Assembly (NCBI RefSeq): GCF_009914755.1
Contig: NC_060934.1
DNA: 64,000 bases
Source of the DNA: the human T2T-CHM13v2.0 reference genome, Homo sapiens
Reading direction: 5' to 3' (one strand)
Part shown: positions 1-13,380 of the stretch, piece after piece
How the letters are laid out: each line of letters opens with the position of its first letter
Position numbering within the stretch: position 1 is the stretch's first letter
The notes under the pieces: generated by a model
Told to the model about the DNA's origin: nothing
The model's input: the letters and a program-made list of their open reading frames with translations, nothing else
The model's database searches: none
Translations under genes and position numbers: made by a program

Positions 1-1639
1 GGAAATTAAACAGAGCAAGAGAAATAGTGATGGTGAGGAGGGAGAAGTTTGCTCTTAAATGAGGCAACCAGGGAAGGCTTCCCAGAAGAGGCAGTTCCTC
101 AAACATAAGCCATCAGGAAGAAAAGCAATATTTTCAGCTTCTCTAAGTCCTTGCATTGTTAACATTTCTGGTTTTTTTCCCCCATGAGCATTTTGGTCAA
201 TAACTCTTCACTTCTAAATACTGTTGTTTTGTGTTTTCACTTTTCCTGTAAAATAGACATTTAAAGAATTAACTAATTATAATAGGCTATCTATATAATC
301 ACTATGATCTGGTATCATCATTCTGATGGTTTAAAGACTTTTGGAGCAAGACTTTGTGTCTTGTTCTACACCGAATAAAAACTATGCAGTTGCAGGTGCA
401 CCCACACAATGCACACATAGTTTCTAATATTGGTGATCCTTCACTTCTGAAACCATATGGAATAAGAACAAAATTACTCCTCTCATAAAAAAGTGTCTAA
501 CATATTAAAAGTATTTTTTAAAAGATTTCCAATTTGTAAAGAATGGAAAGGTTTGTGGTTGACCCATGCGCTCTCATTCGATCCTCTGCCCTTTCCCCTC
601 CATAGTTCTCACCTTCCACGTCTCCCGGGAACAGAGCCTGTAACGTTATTCAGCACACCTTCTGTTGAGCAGAGCACCTGACTTCAAGGAATGTACAACG
701 GCTTGCCCTGGCGAAAACCCAATTGTGAGCTGCAAAGGAGGACTATTTGATAGCATTCCCTTCTGTCTGTCTTTGAAGGCTGTTCTCAGTTGAGAACATA
801 TTGAAACGTGAATGATAGATACGTTTGTGAGTATTTTTAACACAGCCTTAATACTCACATATGCCATTATTTCTGCAGATAATGTGCGCCATTCCTCACA
901 GCTAGGAAGATCATGAGTGTCATTAACGCTGTTTTTACACACTAAATTGGTCTGTTCCCGGACCCCTATCAAAGATGGGATGCTAAAAATTGTTTATCTC
1001 TAGAGACTGGATCAGGAATACAAAAAGGTTCCTGAAATAGGAAAAGCCTTGATTTGCACAGATCAATTTGCTTTATAAATGTTCCTTCTCTCACTCCAGA
1101 AGAAAGTAGACGCTTGCACGTTGAACATAAAATCATCTTGGCTCCAACACGATGGAGCAAAAAAGGTTCTGAACTTGCAACGCACATATTTGCAGGTTAT
1201 AGTAAATCCAGGTTTCCCACCTCAATGACATTTGTTTAGACATCTGCATGTACCAGCTGGTAATGGTTAGTTTACTTCCTATCAATTCTGATTTTGAATT
1301 AGGCTTGTTAATAAGGATGGATGGAAAGCAGGTGTGGTAGTCTCTGAGCGGTTATTGGCATGTAATTGCTTCAGGCTATTGTTTTAAGCAGTTTCCATTT
1401 GTACATTGTTCCAAAGACAGCTGCCAGTAGCAGCTCAGCGAGGATTGCACAACTATTCCATGTAGGATCCAGTGACAGATCTAAACTAGTCATGAAAATC
1501 CTCCAGATCTGGCTTTTAAAACAGAAATGTTAATAGTAAACACAGACATGATAACAGCTGAACTGATGAAAAGGAAAAAAAAAATTGTCTTTTCAGGCAT
1601 TTGAAGGACATAGCTCTACATTTGTAGGCCAACTGCTTA

Positions 1640-2038
<399 letters not shown>

Positions 2039-3239
2039 TTAAAACGTATCTTAGAACATTGCTTCTGAAATGTTTTTTAAATTATTACAAATTTTAACTC
2101 GCTGATGAAACAGTGGTATACCAAGGTCGCCAAGGATCACAACAATCACGTGTTCTTCTAAGTCAACACAAATTAGTAAAATATGTGGAGATGCTGTTAA
2201 ATGAAATTTTCAACACGAAATTTATGCCTGCTGTATATTATTTGGAAAAAAAAATGTAGCAGGATAATCAGTTTGGGGTTTGTGAACATGTTGAGTATCC
2301 AGATATTTTATCACCTGCTTGAAAATAGCACAATGGGCAATAATTGCATTTTAGGCGTTAAAAAGGAATAGGTTGAAGGCTTGGTGCTGTTGCCTTGATT
2401 TTCAAGGACAATTTTGAACATGGAGTTATAAGAGAAGGCTTTTCTGAAGTCCCTTTTTGGCTGCAAGGAACCCAGAAGTCAGAGTTAGCTTGCTTTATTC
2501 TAGCACCCCTGGCCACAAATGTGTCTCTCTGTTTCCGCCAAGTTAATGTCTTTATTATGGGATTCCAAAACACATCCTAGTGCCTTCAAGGTTATGCTGG
2601 TTGAGTTTGAGTGTGAGTTTTAGAAATGAAGGTGTGGAATGAAGGTGTGAGTTTTAGAAATGAAGTTCCTTGGCCAGCAGATCCTATATTTGTCAAGGGC
2701 TGTAATAATTGCTTTAAAAACACTGGGAAATGCCAGACTTGCAAGGATGAAGGTGGTCGCAGCTTGGCCAGTCAGAGAGCTGCAGATATGGCACAGATTG
2801 GCATCTGTATATACTTCACATCCAAGAGTGCAGTTGACCAGGGTGCTCTGACGCTGGGTGCAGACCACCGACTATCCAAGTATTTGCACCTGTTCTCTGC
2901 AACAGGCTACTATATGGGGCGATTTCCAATGCTTAAAAATCACTTCTAGTGTGGTATATTTGCTTCCAATATTATCAAAATATTCAAAGAGTATCTTAAG
3001 AAGTACTGTCTGCAGCACTGAGATGTTTGAATTTTTTGATGTTAAATTATTCTGTCACATATATTAACTTATAATTAAAACTATAGGGAAAACATTTTTT
3101 AGCAAAAAATATCAAAGCAAAAGTAAATATTCTTTCTTTTTATGAAAGAAACTATATACCAGATTACCATTGGAACTTGCAGGCTATTTCAAACATTCTT
3201 GGATGGAATCCTTGAATGCTTATGAGAACCACTGAGGTA

Positions 3240-3570
3240 TGGTGTAGAGAACAGAGGCTGTGCAGGTGCATAGACCTCGATTGGATTTTAGGTGTCATAT
3301 TCTACATGTTGGACTTTAAATAACTCAATTTGCTTCCCTAAGCCACTATTCCATACTTGTAAAGGTAACATGCATATCAATTTTTGTGAGATGATTTATG
3401 AGTTTATTAAAACATGCTGGAAACTTACCTTATATTAGATATTTTGCTAAGCACTTCACGTTTCTCCATGCAATTCATACAAAATCTATGATTCCCATAC
3501 TATGCTTCCTTTTCATTTAGCAGGTAAGGATCTAGAAAGTGAGGCTTCAAGACATTAGGTGTTTTGCCTA
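3240..3570. mobile_element. MIR SINE remnants
   Basis: Degenerate MIR core-like segments; boundaries approximate. Confidence 0.4.
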
Positions 3571-3730
3571 GTCCTGAAGCCAGTCTGCAGATGCCTGTAC
3601 CGGGTCACCTCACCTGATTGTTAAGACAAGCTGGTAAGCAAAGCACATGCTACCTAATGCCACATGCCACACAGTGTCTGTTCCGTGAAACCTACATATT
3701 TACCTTTCAGAAATGGCTATTTCTAATGTA

Positions 3731-4153
<423 letters not shown>

Positions 4154-5599
4154 CTAGTGAACTAGATTAAGGTGTTTACCAATAAACAAAATAAATAGTA
4201 TTACCTTCAAACCAGTGTGTAAAAGTTTTGTATGCTTTCTCCATCTTCATCCACGTTTTTCTTATTTGGTACCTTCTAAAAAATGCTGCAGGGAGCTAAC
4301 AGATGATGGAATAAACAAAACACTAATAAACTTGAAGTAACACAATCTTAGGAACAGAGTAAGACATTTCAGTGAATGCTTGAACCTGTGGCTATAATTT
4401 GATATTATGTGAACATTATTTCCTCGTATTCTTCAGTATTAAATTGTTGTTAGTTCATGAGGTGACATGAACCCTGTGGAACCCTCAGTATTGGGCAAAA
4501 TGGCAGGAGTGCCAGTGAATTTGAGTGACAGCTTTCTGACGAGACCACTGAGTCACTGATGTCTGCCTTTCTGATGAGATAAGTTGGGTCAAAGCTGTCC
4601 TTACTCAGAACACACTGGTGGTTTTCCTGTTTCTTAGTTTTAAAACTTCAATTTGTGCTACTGAAGAATATGTCAGAATATTTATTCTGCAAAAAGGACA
4701 TTAAAATTGAATTCACGTTGGGTTTTGGTTAATACAATTTCATCAAAACTCCGCTTTTAGACTGTGGTGAAGTTGGTCTTGGAACTGGATGGGCAGAGAC
4801 TACAGATGCCATAAAGCAGGGTCCTCGTGGAACCTGCAAATAGCTGCCTCAACCACGCCCTAGCTGTCGGTCGGTCAGCAACGACCCCAGACCTTCTGCT
4901 CCGACAGGGGCTCCTCGGGTGCTAGAATTCGGTGAAAGAATTGAGCATGGTACGGATTACAGAGGGCTTGCCAGAGGTCAGCAAGTTCCAAACCTGTCTT
5001 TTTAAGGCAGTCCTGAGGCTTTAATGCGATGCTGTATAGAAAACAACTTATGAGTCAGATCTCCACTTCTTCAAAAGATAGTCTTTAAATAGAATTCCCA
5101 AATAATTATCTTAGCGACTTGTTTTCTGTCGTTTTGTTGCTATTCAAAGAAAATAATACAGAAACACATTTTCATACTGAAATGAAAGTTTATGATGCAT
5201 CACATATATTACAAATTACAAAAAAGTTGAAGAAATTAATGATATGTCTTATTTCATAAACTGCCTTTATTCTATGAGTGAAAATGCAATTTCAGGAGAA
5301 GTAAGAGTCAGCACGAGCCTTCCTAGTTCTTCGAATGAATCATGTGTAAATATTAATTTTCTAGACTAATGGGCTCAGTTTTCTTCATTCCCCTGGGCTA
5401 GTTGACTTCTGAATTGGATCTCTTAAATTTACCATGTCCAAAACTAAAGTATTGATCCCAGGCACCAACTTTCTTCTCCCTAGCTCTCCTGTGTCTTAGG
5501 AAATGGCAAAAACGTTGTTGTTCAGAGAATGGCGGAGGTTCATGCCCTTTTTCTCACATACCCTGCTTCAAACATTGGCAAATTGGAGCGTGTCTTGGT

Positions 5600-5965
5600 C
5601 TGTTGAGATGCTAGAACCGAGTATCGCAGACGGGAAGCTACAACAGCAGAGGCCTGTTGTTCACAGCTCTGGAGGCTGGAGGTCCAAGATCAAGATGCAG
5701 GCGGATTCAGGGTCCGTGCAGGGCTGGCTTCTTGGTTCATGGATGGCACCTTCTCCCTGTGTCCCTCACATGGCAGAATAGGGGAGAGAACTCTCTGGGG
5801 CATCTTTTCATGGAGGCACCAATCCCTTGAGTTTTCTGCAATCACAACCTCATCTAATCCTCGTTACCCCACAAAGTCTCCATCTCCAAAATGCCATCGT
5901 ATCGGGGATTAGGATTCAACACACAGACTTGGCAGGAAGAAAAGCCTCCGGTCCACCGAGTGCAT
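5600..5965 (-). mobile_element. MaLR solo LTR (MLT1A-like)
   Basis: CACAGCTCTGGAGGCTGGAGGTCCAAGATCAAG...TGTGTCCCTCACATGGCAGAA...GGGATTAGGATTCAACAC, typical of antisense MLT1/MST. Confidence 0.75.
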
Positions 5966-6214
5966 AGCAGAGCGACTCTGTGGTAAGAAGCCATCCAGAT
6001 CCCTAACCATTCTCATGACTGCTCCAGGACCACCCAATTCAAACCAGCACCCAGCCTCTCTGACTGCCACACTGTCCTAACCTCTAACCTTATTCCCCAG
6101 TCAGTTCTCTCTAGGGTGCTTTTAAAGGCAAGTCAGACTATGTCATTCCTCAGCTCCTAATCTGGAGGTTCCCGTCACACGCAGAATAAAAATGAAATAC
6201 TACAGCCTAAGCGG

Positions 6215-6420
6215 CAGTGATTCATGAATCTCACCCCAGCCACAATTTAGAATCAGTCTAGGGAAGCCTGTGAAAAATATAGATGCTAATTACCAAGCAC
6301 GAATGAATTCAATCAGAACCCCGAGTCATGGCACCTGGACACTGATATTTTTAAAAGCTCCTCGGGAGATGCAAATACAGAGCGAAAGATGGAGTCCTCT
6401 GCCCTGGGTGATTCACACAA
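6215..6420. mobile_element. MER5-like hAT-Charlie DNA transposon remnant
   Basis: CACAATTTAGAATCAGTCTAGGGAAGCCTGTGAAAAAT...ATTTTTAAAAGCTCCTCGGGAGAT. Confidence 0.5.
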
Positions 6421-6442
6421 GGTTCCGGCAGTCCCTGCCCTC

Positions 6443-6945
6443 TGCTTTTCTTCCCACTTCTCCTTCCTTCCTTCCTTCCTCCCTTCCTTCCTTCCTTCCT
6501 TCCCTCCTTCCTTCCCTCCCTCCCTTCGCTTCCTCCTTCCTTCAATCCTCCTTTCCTCTCTTCTTCTCTCCTTCCTTCCTTTCTCCATCCCTCCCTCCCT
6601 CCCTTCCTCCTTTCCTTCCTCTTTTCCTCCCTCTCTTCCTCCCCTTCCCTCCCTCCCTTCCTTCTTTCCTTCCTTCCTCCCTCCTTCCCTTTCCTTCCTT
6701 CCTTCCTTCCCTCCCTCACCTTCCTCCTTCCTTCAATCCTCCCTTCCTTCCTTTCCTTCCTTCCTTCCTTCCCTCCCTCACCTTCCTCCTTCCTTCAATC
6801 CTCCCTTCCTTCCTTTCCTTCCTTCCTCCCTTTCCTTCCTTCCTTCCTTTCCTTCCTTCCTTCCTTTCCTTCCTTCCTTCCTTTCCTTCCTCCCTCCCCT
6901 CCCCTCCCTTTCCCCTTCCTTCCTTCCTTCCTTCCTTCCTTCACC
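6443..6945 (+). repeat. ~500-bp polypyrimidine (TTCC/TCCC)n low-complexity tract
   Basis: Almost purely C/T on the + strand; recurring CTTCAATCCTCC sub-motif. Confidence 0.97.
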
Positions 6946-7149
6946 TTAACACAAAGCAAAACATGCTTACTCTCTATGTCTTTCCTCTGCCTGGGATACT
7001 CTTGCCCCACAAGTCTTCATATTTTGCTCACAATCTCTATTTTTACCATGATTTTATCAGTGAGTGTTCCTTATCCATCACACACACAAAAATTGAATTT
7101 TTTGCACCGATTGTCTATCTCCTTGCCATAGTATATCTTTCTTTTAAGA

Positions 7150-7335
7150 AATCATTACCGTTAGAAACTCTATAAATATTCCTCTATGTGATTGATTTCT
7201 GTCACTGTCTGCTGGAATGTAAACTCCAGTAGAAGCAGGAACCTTGTCAATGCTGTTCACTGTTCTATGCTGAGAGCTTAGAAAAAGGCCTGGCATGTTA
7301 TAAGAGCTCATGATAATTTATTTAATGAATGGACT
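7150..7335. mobile_element. L2 3' end remnant
   Basis: GGAATGTAAACTCC...GCAGGAACCTTGTC...GTTCACTG...CCTGGCATG...ATTTAATGAATG. Confidence 0.6.
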
Positions 7336-7489
7336 AATTCCAGGAGCCTCAGAGCAGAGCACAGAGCAATTCCTGGGCTCCAAAAGCTTTTGTGCAAATT
7401 AGGAAATGGGGCCATTTTGGGGATGAAAGTCCCAGAGCTTGACACACTGGTTGTGTGCTCAATTTGTTTTCCTCTCATATAATTTGTTA

Positions 7490-8290
7490 TTAACTTTTAT
7501 TTATATTTTTAGGGTTTCAAACATAGACAGAAAGTCTGAGAATACCAAAAGGAACTAGAGCATGTATTTTACCCAAATCCATCAATTTTTATCTTTTTCC
7601 TCACTTGTTCTCTCTCCATCTCTGCTCTATCTATCTATCTCTGTCTCTCCCCTCTCATCATACACACACACACGTGACTGATATATTTGATTTTATATAT
7701 ATATATATATATATATGATTTTTTGTCTGAGTTATTTGATATGAAGTTGGAGGCATGCTTCCTCTTTATTCCATTAATAAAATAAAAGATACTCTCTTTT
7801 ATTACCCAAAGCATCATCAAAATAAAGCATGTTCACTTCGATTGAATATTATTATGTAAATCACAGCTCCTTATCACGCCCCACTCATGGTCCCAGTACC
7901 ACACTTTATGGAAAGTTTTCCTGGTTTGTGGTGCTCTCTGGCTCAGGCTGGTGTGGCCCTGCTTCCTCTCCTCCTTTCTCTTTTTGGGCTGTGACCCGTT
8001 TGGAGTGCATGTGTGACTTTATAAGACATTCCTCCATTTGGGTTTGCCTGGTGTTGCTTTACAATCGGATATTTTTGGCAGAAAGTCTGCTGTCGTGGGG
8101 TGAACCCCTTAGTCTCCTGCTCAGGGGGTGTTCATGGCTGGAGGCCCCCACCCTGGTGATGTGGACTTCAGATATCTGATCGTGCCATTGTCTGCCAGGC
8201 TTCTCCACTGGAAACTCGCTCTTCTTGTATCTTGAAATCCATGCATAATCCATGGGAAGATACACTAAGACTGCAATAGCTATGGTCAAA
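7490..8290 (-). mobile_element. Old L1 (L1MC/ME-type) 3' region with embedded (TA)n
   Basis: Antisense L1MC-like motifs (GCCAGGCTTCTCCACTGGAAA, ATTTGGGTTTGCCTGGTG). Confidence 0.5.
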
Positions 8291-9600
8291 GTGCACCTCT
8301 CAGCCTTTGGGCCTCCCTAAAGTAGACGAGGGTCGTCCACTTTCGCACCCACCTGGACTTGGCGTGTTGAGTACCCACCGTGATGTGGTGGAGATGCAAC
8401 TGGCAGCAGAGGCCGAGAGCTTTGAGAAGGAGTTTAGAATTGAAAACTAATCAATGCAGAAGCTGGAGCAGCCCACTTAACTCTTCTGTGTCTCCTCGTT
8501 TATCATCTGTCAAAGAGTTCATGGGCAATAATCTAAGGTGTTCATTTGAAAATAAAATCGATGATGTTCAAAAACAATGCAACCAAAAATAACACTCTGA
8601 AAGTGTTCCTACTATGAAACACCTCAAAGTGTCAGATAAAAGATTTTTTAAAGTCTGTCAAGTACAATCCTCAACTTGGACTGAACAGGGAAGTTCCCAA
8701 GGGCAAGAATCTCACAGGAAGCAAAGACAGAACACAATTTTTGGCACTTTGCCACCTTGGGGCATTGGCTGCTCTTGGTGTCTTAGAGGTCTGGCTTTCA
8801 ACCTACAGAAAGAGCACACAGGAAAAGACACAGAGATGGTACAAGTGTGGAATGAAAGTGAGACCCAAAATACAGCCAAGGTCACAGTGAAAACCTCCTC
8901 GAGAAAGGGCCGGTGGGCCTGTTCCGCCCAGACAGAACAGAAACATCTCTGGGTTCTGCATGTAAGAATGTTTTTTTTCTCAACTTCAAATAAACAAACA
9001 AAAGACCCCCAAAAACTGTCTCAAGGGTTTCAAAGTCAAATTTTACTGATGTTTTTGGTTCAGAAAAGCTCAAGTAGAGACATGAGGTTGACTCTGGGTC
9101 TACGATGCCCCTAGGCTCACATCATGGAAGTCAATTCATATTCTCCCCAGGACGATGGATCTCTCCAGGCCACTTAAGCTTCTGACTCCAGGGAGCCAGC
9201 CACCAAGATTAAAAAAAGAAATCAAGATCAGCAGAAACAAGTGCAGCCCTGTAGTTCAGATAAATGAATTATCAGAAAATATTATAAAACGCATTTAAAA
9301 CAGAAAATAACATGCAAGAAGAACTAAAATTATTGGGGGAAAACAAGCAAGACTGTATTAAAGTAAATGGCTGGACTAAGAAAAACATAACCAAATATGA
9401 CTGTTAAGCACAAAACTAAGATGTCTTTGATAGAAAAAATAGAAGAGATCTGGCTATCCCTCTACGTGGCAGACTAGAAATCCTGAAGGTCCTGGCTGCA
9501 GGAGATCTAAATTAATTCAAATAATGTGAAAGCCATCTCTTAGACACAGAGGCCTCTGACAAACTGAGCAGAATTTTTTAGATCCAGCAATAAGGCATAG

Positions 9601-9760
9601 CCTCAGATCCCACGAGGAAGGCACATTGATGCTGTCTACACTCTGCAATGTCAGCTTCAGAGCCAAGACAAAGGTGCACTGATGCTGTCTACACTCTGGA
9701 GTGTCAGCCTCAGAACCCAAGAGTAAGATGCATTGATGCTGTCTACACTCTCGAGTGTCC
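9601..9760 (+). repeat. Degenerate tandem repeat, 3 x 53-54 bp
   Basis: Core TGATGCTGTCTACACTCT occurs three times at a 53-54 bp period. Confidence 0.9.
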
Positions 9761-10233
9761 GAGCAGCCGGATAGCCAGAGCTCCAAAGGCTGCTTTTCGT
9801 GTGATGCCCGTCCCAGTCATGGAGCAGATTCCAGGGGGCAGATTCCGGCCACAGTAACGGGAATGCTCTCAGGAGCTCTTTTCTAAAAGCGAGTCATCTG
9901 TCTATATCTATTCCTGGAATTCTGTTTGTCGGTGAAAGCCTTGGAGGTCGAGTCTTTGCTACTCGCATGCTTAGAGACGCAATGTTTCCACCTCACCTTT
10001 TCCTTCTGAAGTGGCTTCATGCACACACGCTGGGTCTCCCAGTCATTGGAGCTGTCTACGGAAGGTGTTGCCTGTAAATGCTGCTATGGGGTTTTCTCCA
10101 CTTGGGCCTGATTTATAACTTGGCCTCCTCATTACGTAATATAATGTACTTTTAAATATCCTACAGTTACATATGTAGGTGGAGGTCTGTTCTCTTGCTA
10201 TAAAGGAAAACTTTGCTCAGACGTTATAAGGGG

Positions 10234-10540
<307 letters not shown>

Positions 10541-11420
10541 CTATAAAAAATTAAATTAGAATGCACTCCTAAATCCCAGTAATTATGCCTATCATACGTC
10601 ATATTTTTGAGTAGTGTTAAATAAAGGGAGGTCTCCTGATACTAGTTCTATATAAAAACAAAGCAAAATGATGAAAAGTAAATGTCGTGTCACAGCTTCC
10701 TAGGTTCTAGGGATATGAAACTTCCTGCTGCCCTACGATGACGTCTCCGCTTACATACAAGTGCTCCTTGTCTGGAATGAGCCACTTAGAGCTTGTTCTC
10801 AGAGACGTTGTAGGAGACCAGTTCTTTGTCATTTGACCCTTTTGGGCCTTTGAGTCAATTCCAAGGATTCGTTGCATTTATTTGATTCCCTTTAGCAAAA
10901 ACATCAGACTAAAATAAAAGCATTTTATCAAATCAAACTTTCTGAATCACAGTGAAAGAGATTTTCAAATCACTAAATTTGGCTAAGGGCCCCCCCCCTC
11001 CAAAAAGAATTAACTTACAACAATCTTTAATATGGCATAGAAAATAGAGTTTTAGAATTGTAGGCTGTGATATTCTTCTTCATATTACTGTGATAATGGA
11101 TTTGTGATGCTATGCCCTTCTCAGAGCCTGGAGAAACTTATGGCACAAAGAATGAAACTTATTGAGTAAAAATTAAAAGCAAATAATGTATGAGGTTGAG
11201 AAAACCCTTGAAAGAATGTAGATGGGGACAAAACCTTCTACAACTGTACATTACAAACAACCTCACTGGAAGGGGACAGAGGTGCTGACCTAAAGACATT
11301 GAAAATGAGTAGATTCTGAAGACTGAAGGCAAAGGGAACTGCACACAAGCACTGTGCTCTGATTGATAAAGAGGTTTCCCACAGGGGTGCCAGCCAACAC
11401 ACTAAAACCACATTGCGTGT

Positions 11421-11504
11421 GCATGGGAGGGAAGTAATTAATGAATGGATGGTGGGTGATGGGCATGGGAGGGAGGTAATTAATGAATGGATGGCGGGTG
11501 ATGA
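11421..11504 (+). repeat. 42-bp tandem duplication (2 copies)
   Basis: GCATGGGAGGGA(A/G)GTAATTAATGAATGGATGG(T/C)GGGTGATG repeated head to tail. Confidence 0.9.
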
Positions 11505-11689
11505 GAGCAGGTTTCCAGCTGAAGAGTGGGAGCTCACAGACAAAGGCACGAGCATAGTGCATGGGGCAATGGAATGGAGTGGGGACAGCAGGAGTCTCAT
11601 ATTTTCTTTGATACATGTAAAATATTTGGAGGTATTTATAGGTACATGGATTAGAACACACACATACATTTACTTGTTCTGCAGGATGA

Positions 11690-12039
<350 letters not shown>

Positions 12040-13155
12040 TAAAAGAAACCAGGATCCTTCGAGAAGTGGCTGACCCTAGGACTGGGGCAGGGAACAAACC
12101 ACATGAGCCTGGCACAACTTGTAGTGCCAAAAAGTAGTGTGAAGCCCCCAAAACAAAACAAAACAAAAAAATTCCCAGACACAAAACAACAATGAGATTA
12201 TATCAAAGGGACATAGGCCCCGGTCATAAAAGCTCTCAGTGGTCAAATCTGGAAAATTTGAACAACAAAATAAATAAAATAGTATTGGAATATAACCCAA
12301 AGTCTAACATCAGTATTCACAAGTCCACAGTGATATACATAAATGATTGACCATATAAATAAATAAACAAGATCAACTTATAGGTCTCTATTTATTGATT
12401 GAAAAATAAGTCTCCCATACAAAATAATTCTAAGTAGTTCCCAAAGATATTTCACCCTCAAGGAGGCAGAGGACAACTCTCCATTCCTGAAGTGTGAGAT
12501 TCTCACATCAACTTTCTTTTAAAGAGCAAAAGGTGGACAAGGAGAAAGAGAAACAAAAAGAACCACTTTAAGTGGAGAAATGTGACAAACACAACCCGAG
12601 GCCAGGATCAAGATCAACCCCAACAACACTAAGTCGCCTTGGTGTGCCCTTGATGTGCCATGATGAGAACAGCGCTTTGCCTCTGTGGTCTTCCTCCCAA
12701 ATGTCTTTAGCTCCTGCCTAATTATGAGAAAGACATCAGAAAAGCTCCATTTGAGTGACAATCCACCAAGCACCTGACCAGTCTCCCTTGAAACTGTCAA
12801 CGTCATCGAAAGCAAGGAAAGTCTGAGAATCTGTGATAGCCAAGAACAGCCTCAGAAACATGACAGCTCAAAGTCACCCAGTGTCCTTCATGGGATCCCG
12901 AGACAGAGAGGTGACATGGGGGACAAAAATGAGGAAACAAGAATACAATATGAGCTTTAGTAAAGATGAACACATCCATATTGGTTCCCTTGTGCAAATA
13001 TACCCTAAAAACACACTGTCAATAACACAAACTGGATACAGAGTGCATGGGAACCCTCTGGAGTATCTTAAACATTTTCTATGAATTGAAAACTATTCTA
13101 AAATTAAAGGTTACTGAAAAACATGGGTCATATAAATTCATAGTAGACAGAGAAC

Positions 13156-13380
13156 TTTTTTTAAATAATTTCAACTTTTATTTTATATTCAGAGGGTACA
13201 TGTGCAGGTTGTTACATGGGTATATTGTGTGATGCTGAGAGTTGGGGTGCAACCCCAGGTAGAGAGTATAGTGCCCAATAACTAGTTTTGTTTTTTTATA
13301 TATATATACTTTAAGTTCTAGGGTACATGTGTACAACGTGCAGGTTTGTTACACGTGTATACATGTGCCATGTTGGTGTG
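13156..13380 (-). mobile_element. Two abutting L1 3'-end fragments (older primate L1 plus younger L1PA)
   Basis: TTCAGAGGGTACATGTGCAGGTTGTTACATGGGTATATTG then ATACTTTAAGTTCTAGGGTACATGTGTACAACGTGCAGGTTTGTTAC. Confidence 0.85.

Noticed and set aside
493-1239. Cluster of short ORFs in unique DNA
   Set aside because: No recognisable homology or consistent splice structure.
2611-2665. Short direct repeat GTGTGAGTTTTAGAAATGAAG x2 (also 20-bp duplication near 36138)
   Set aside because: Ordinary slippage micro-duplications.
6270-7175. 301-aa ORF and overlapping ORFs
   Set aside because: Product of the stop-free (TTCC)n tract; low-complexity P/S/F/L peptide.
8614-9114. 166-aa ATG ORF
   Set aside because: No recognisable domain or exon structure; lies in probable decayed L1-like DNA.
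9601-9760. CRISPR-like repeat-spacer appearance
   Set aside because: The 'spacers' are homologous to each other, there are only three units, there are no cas genes, and the context is primate.
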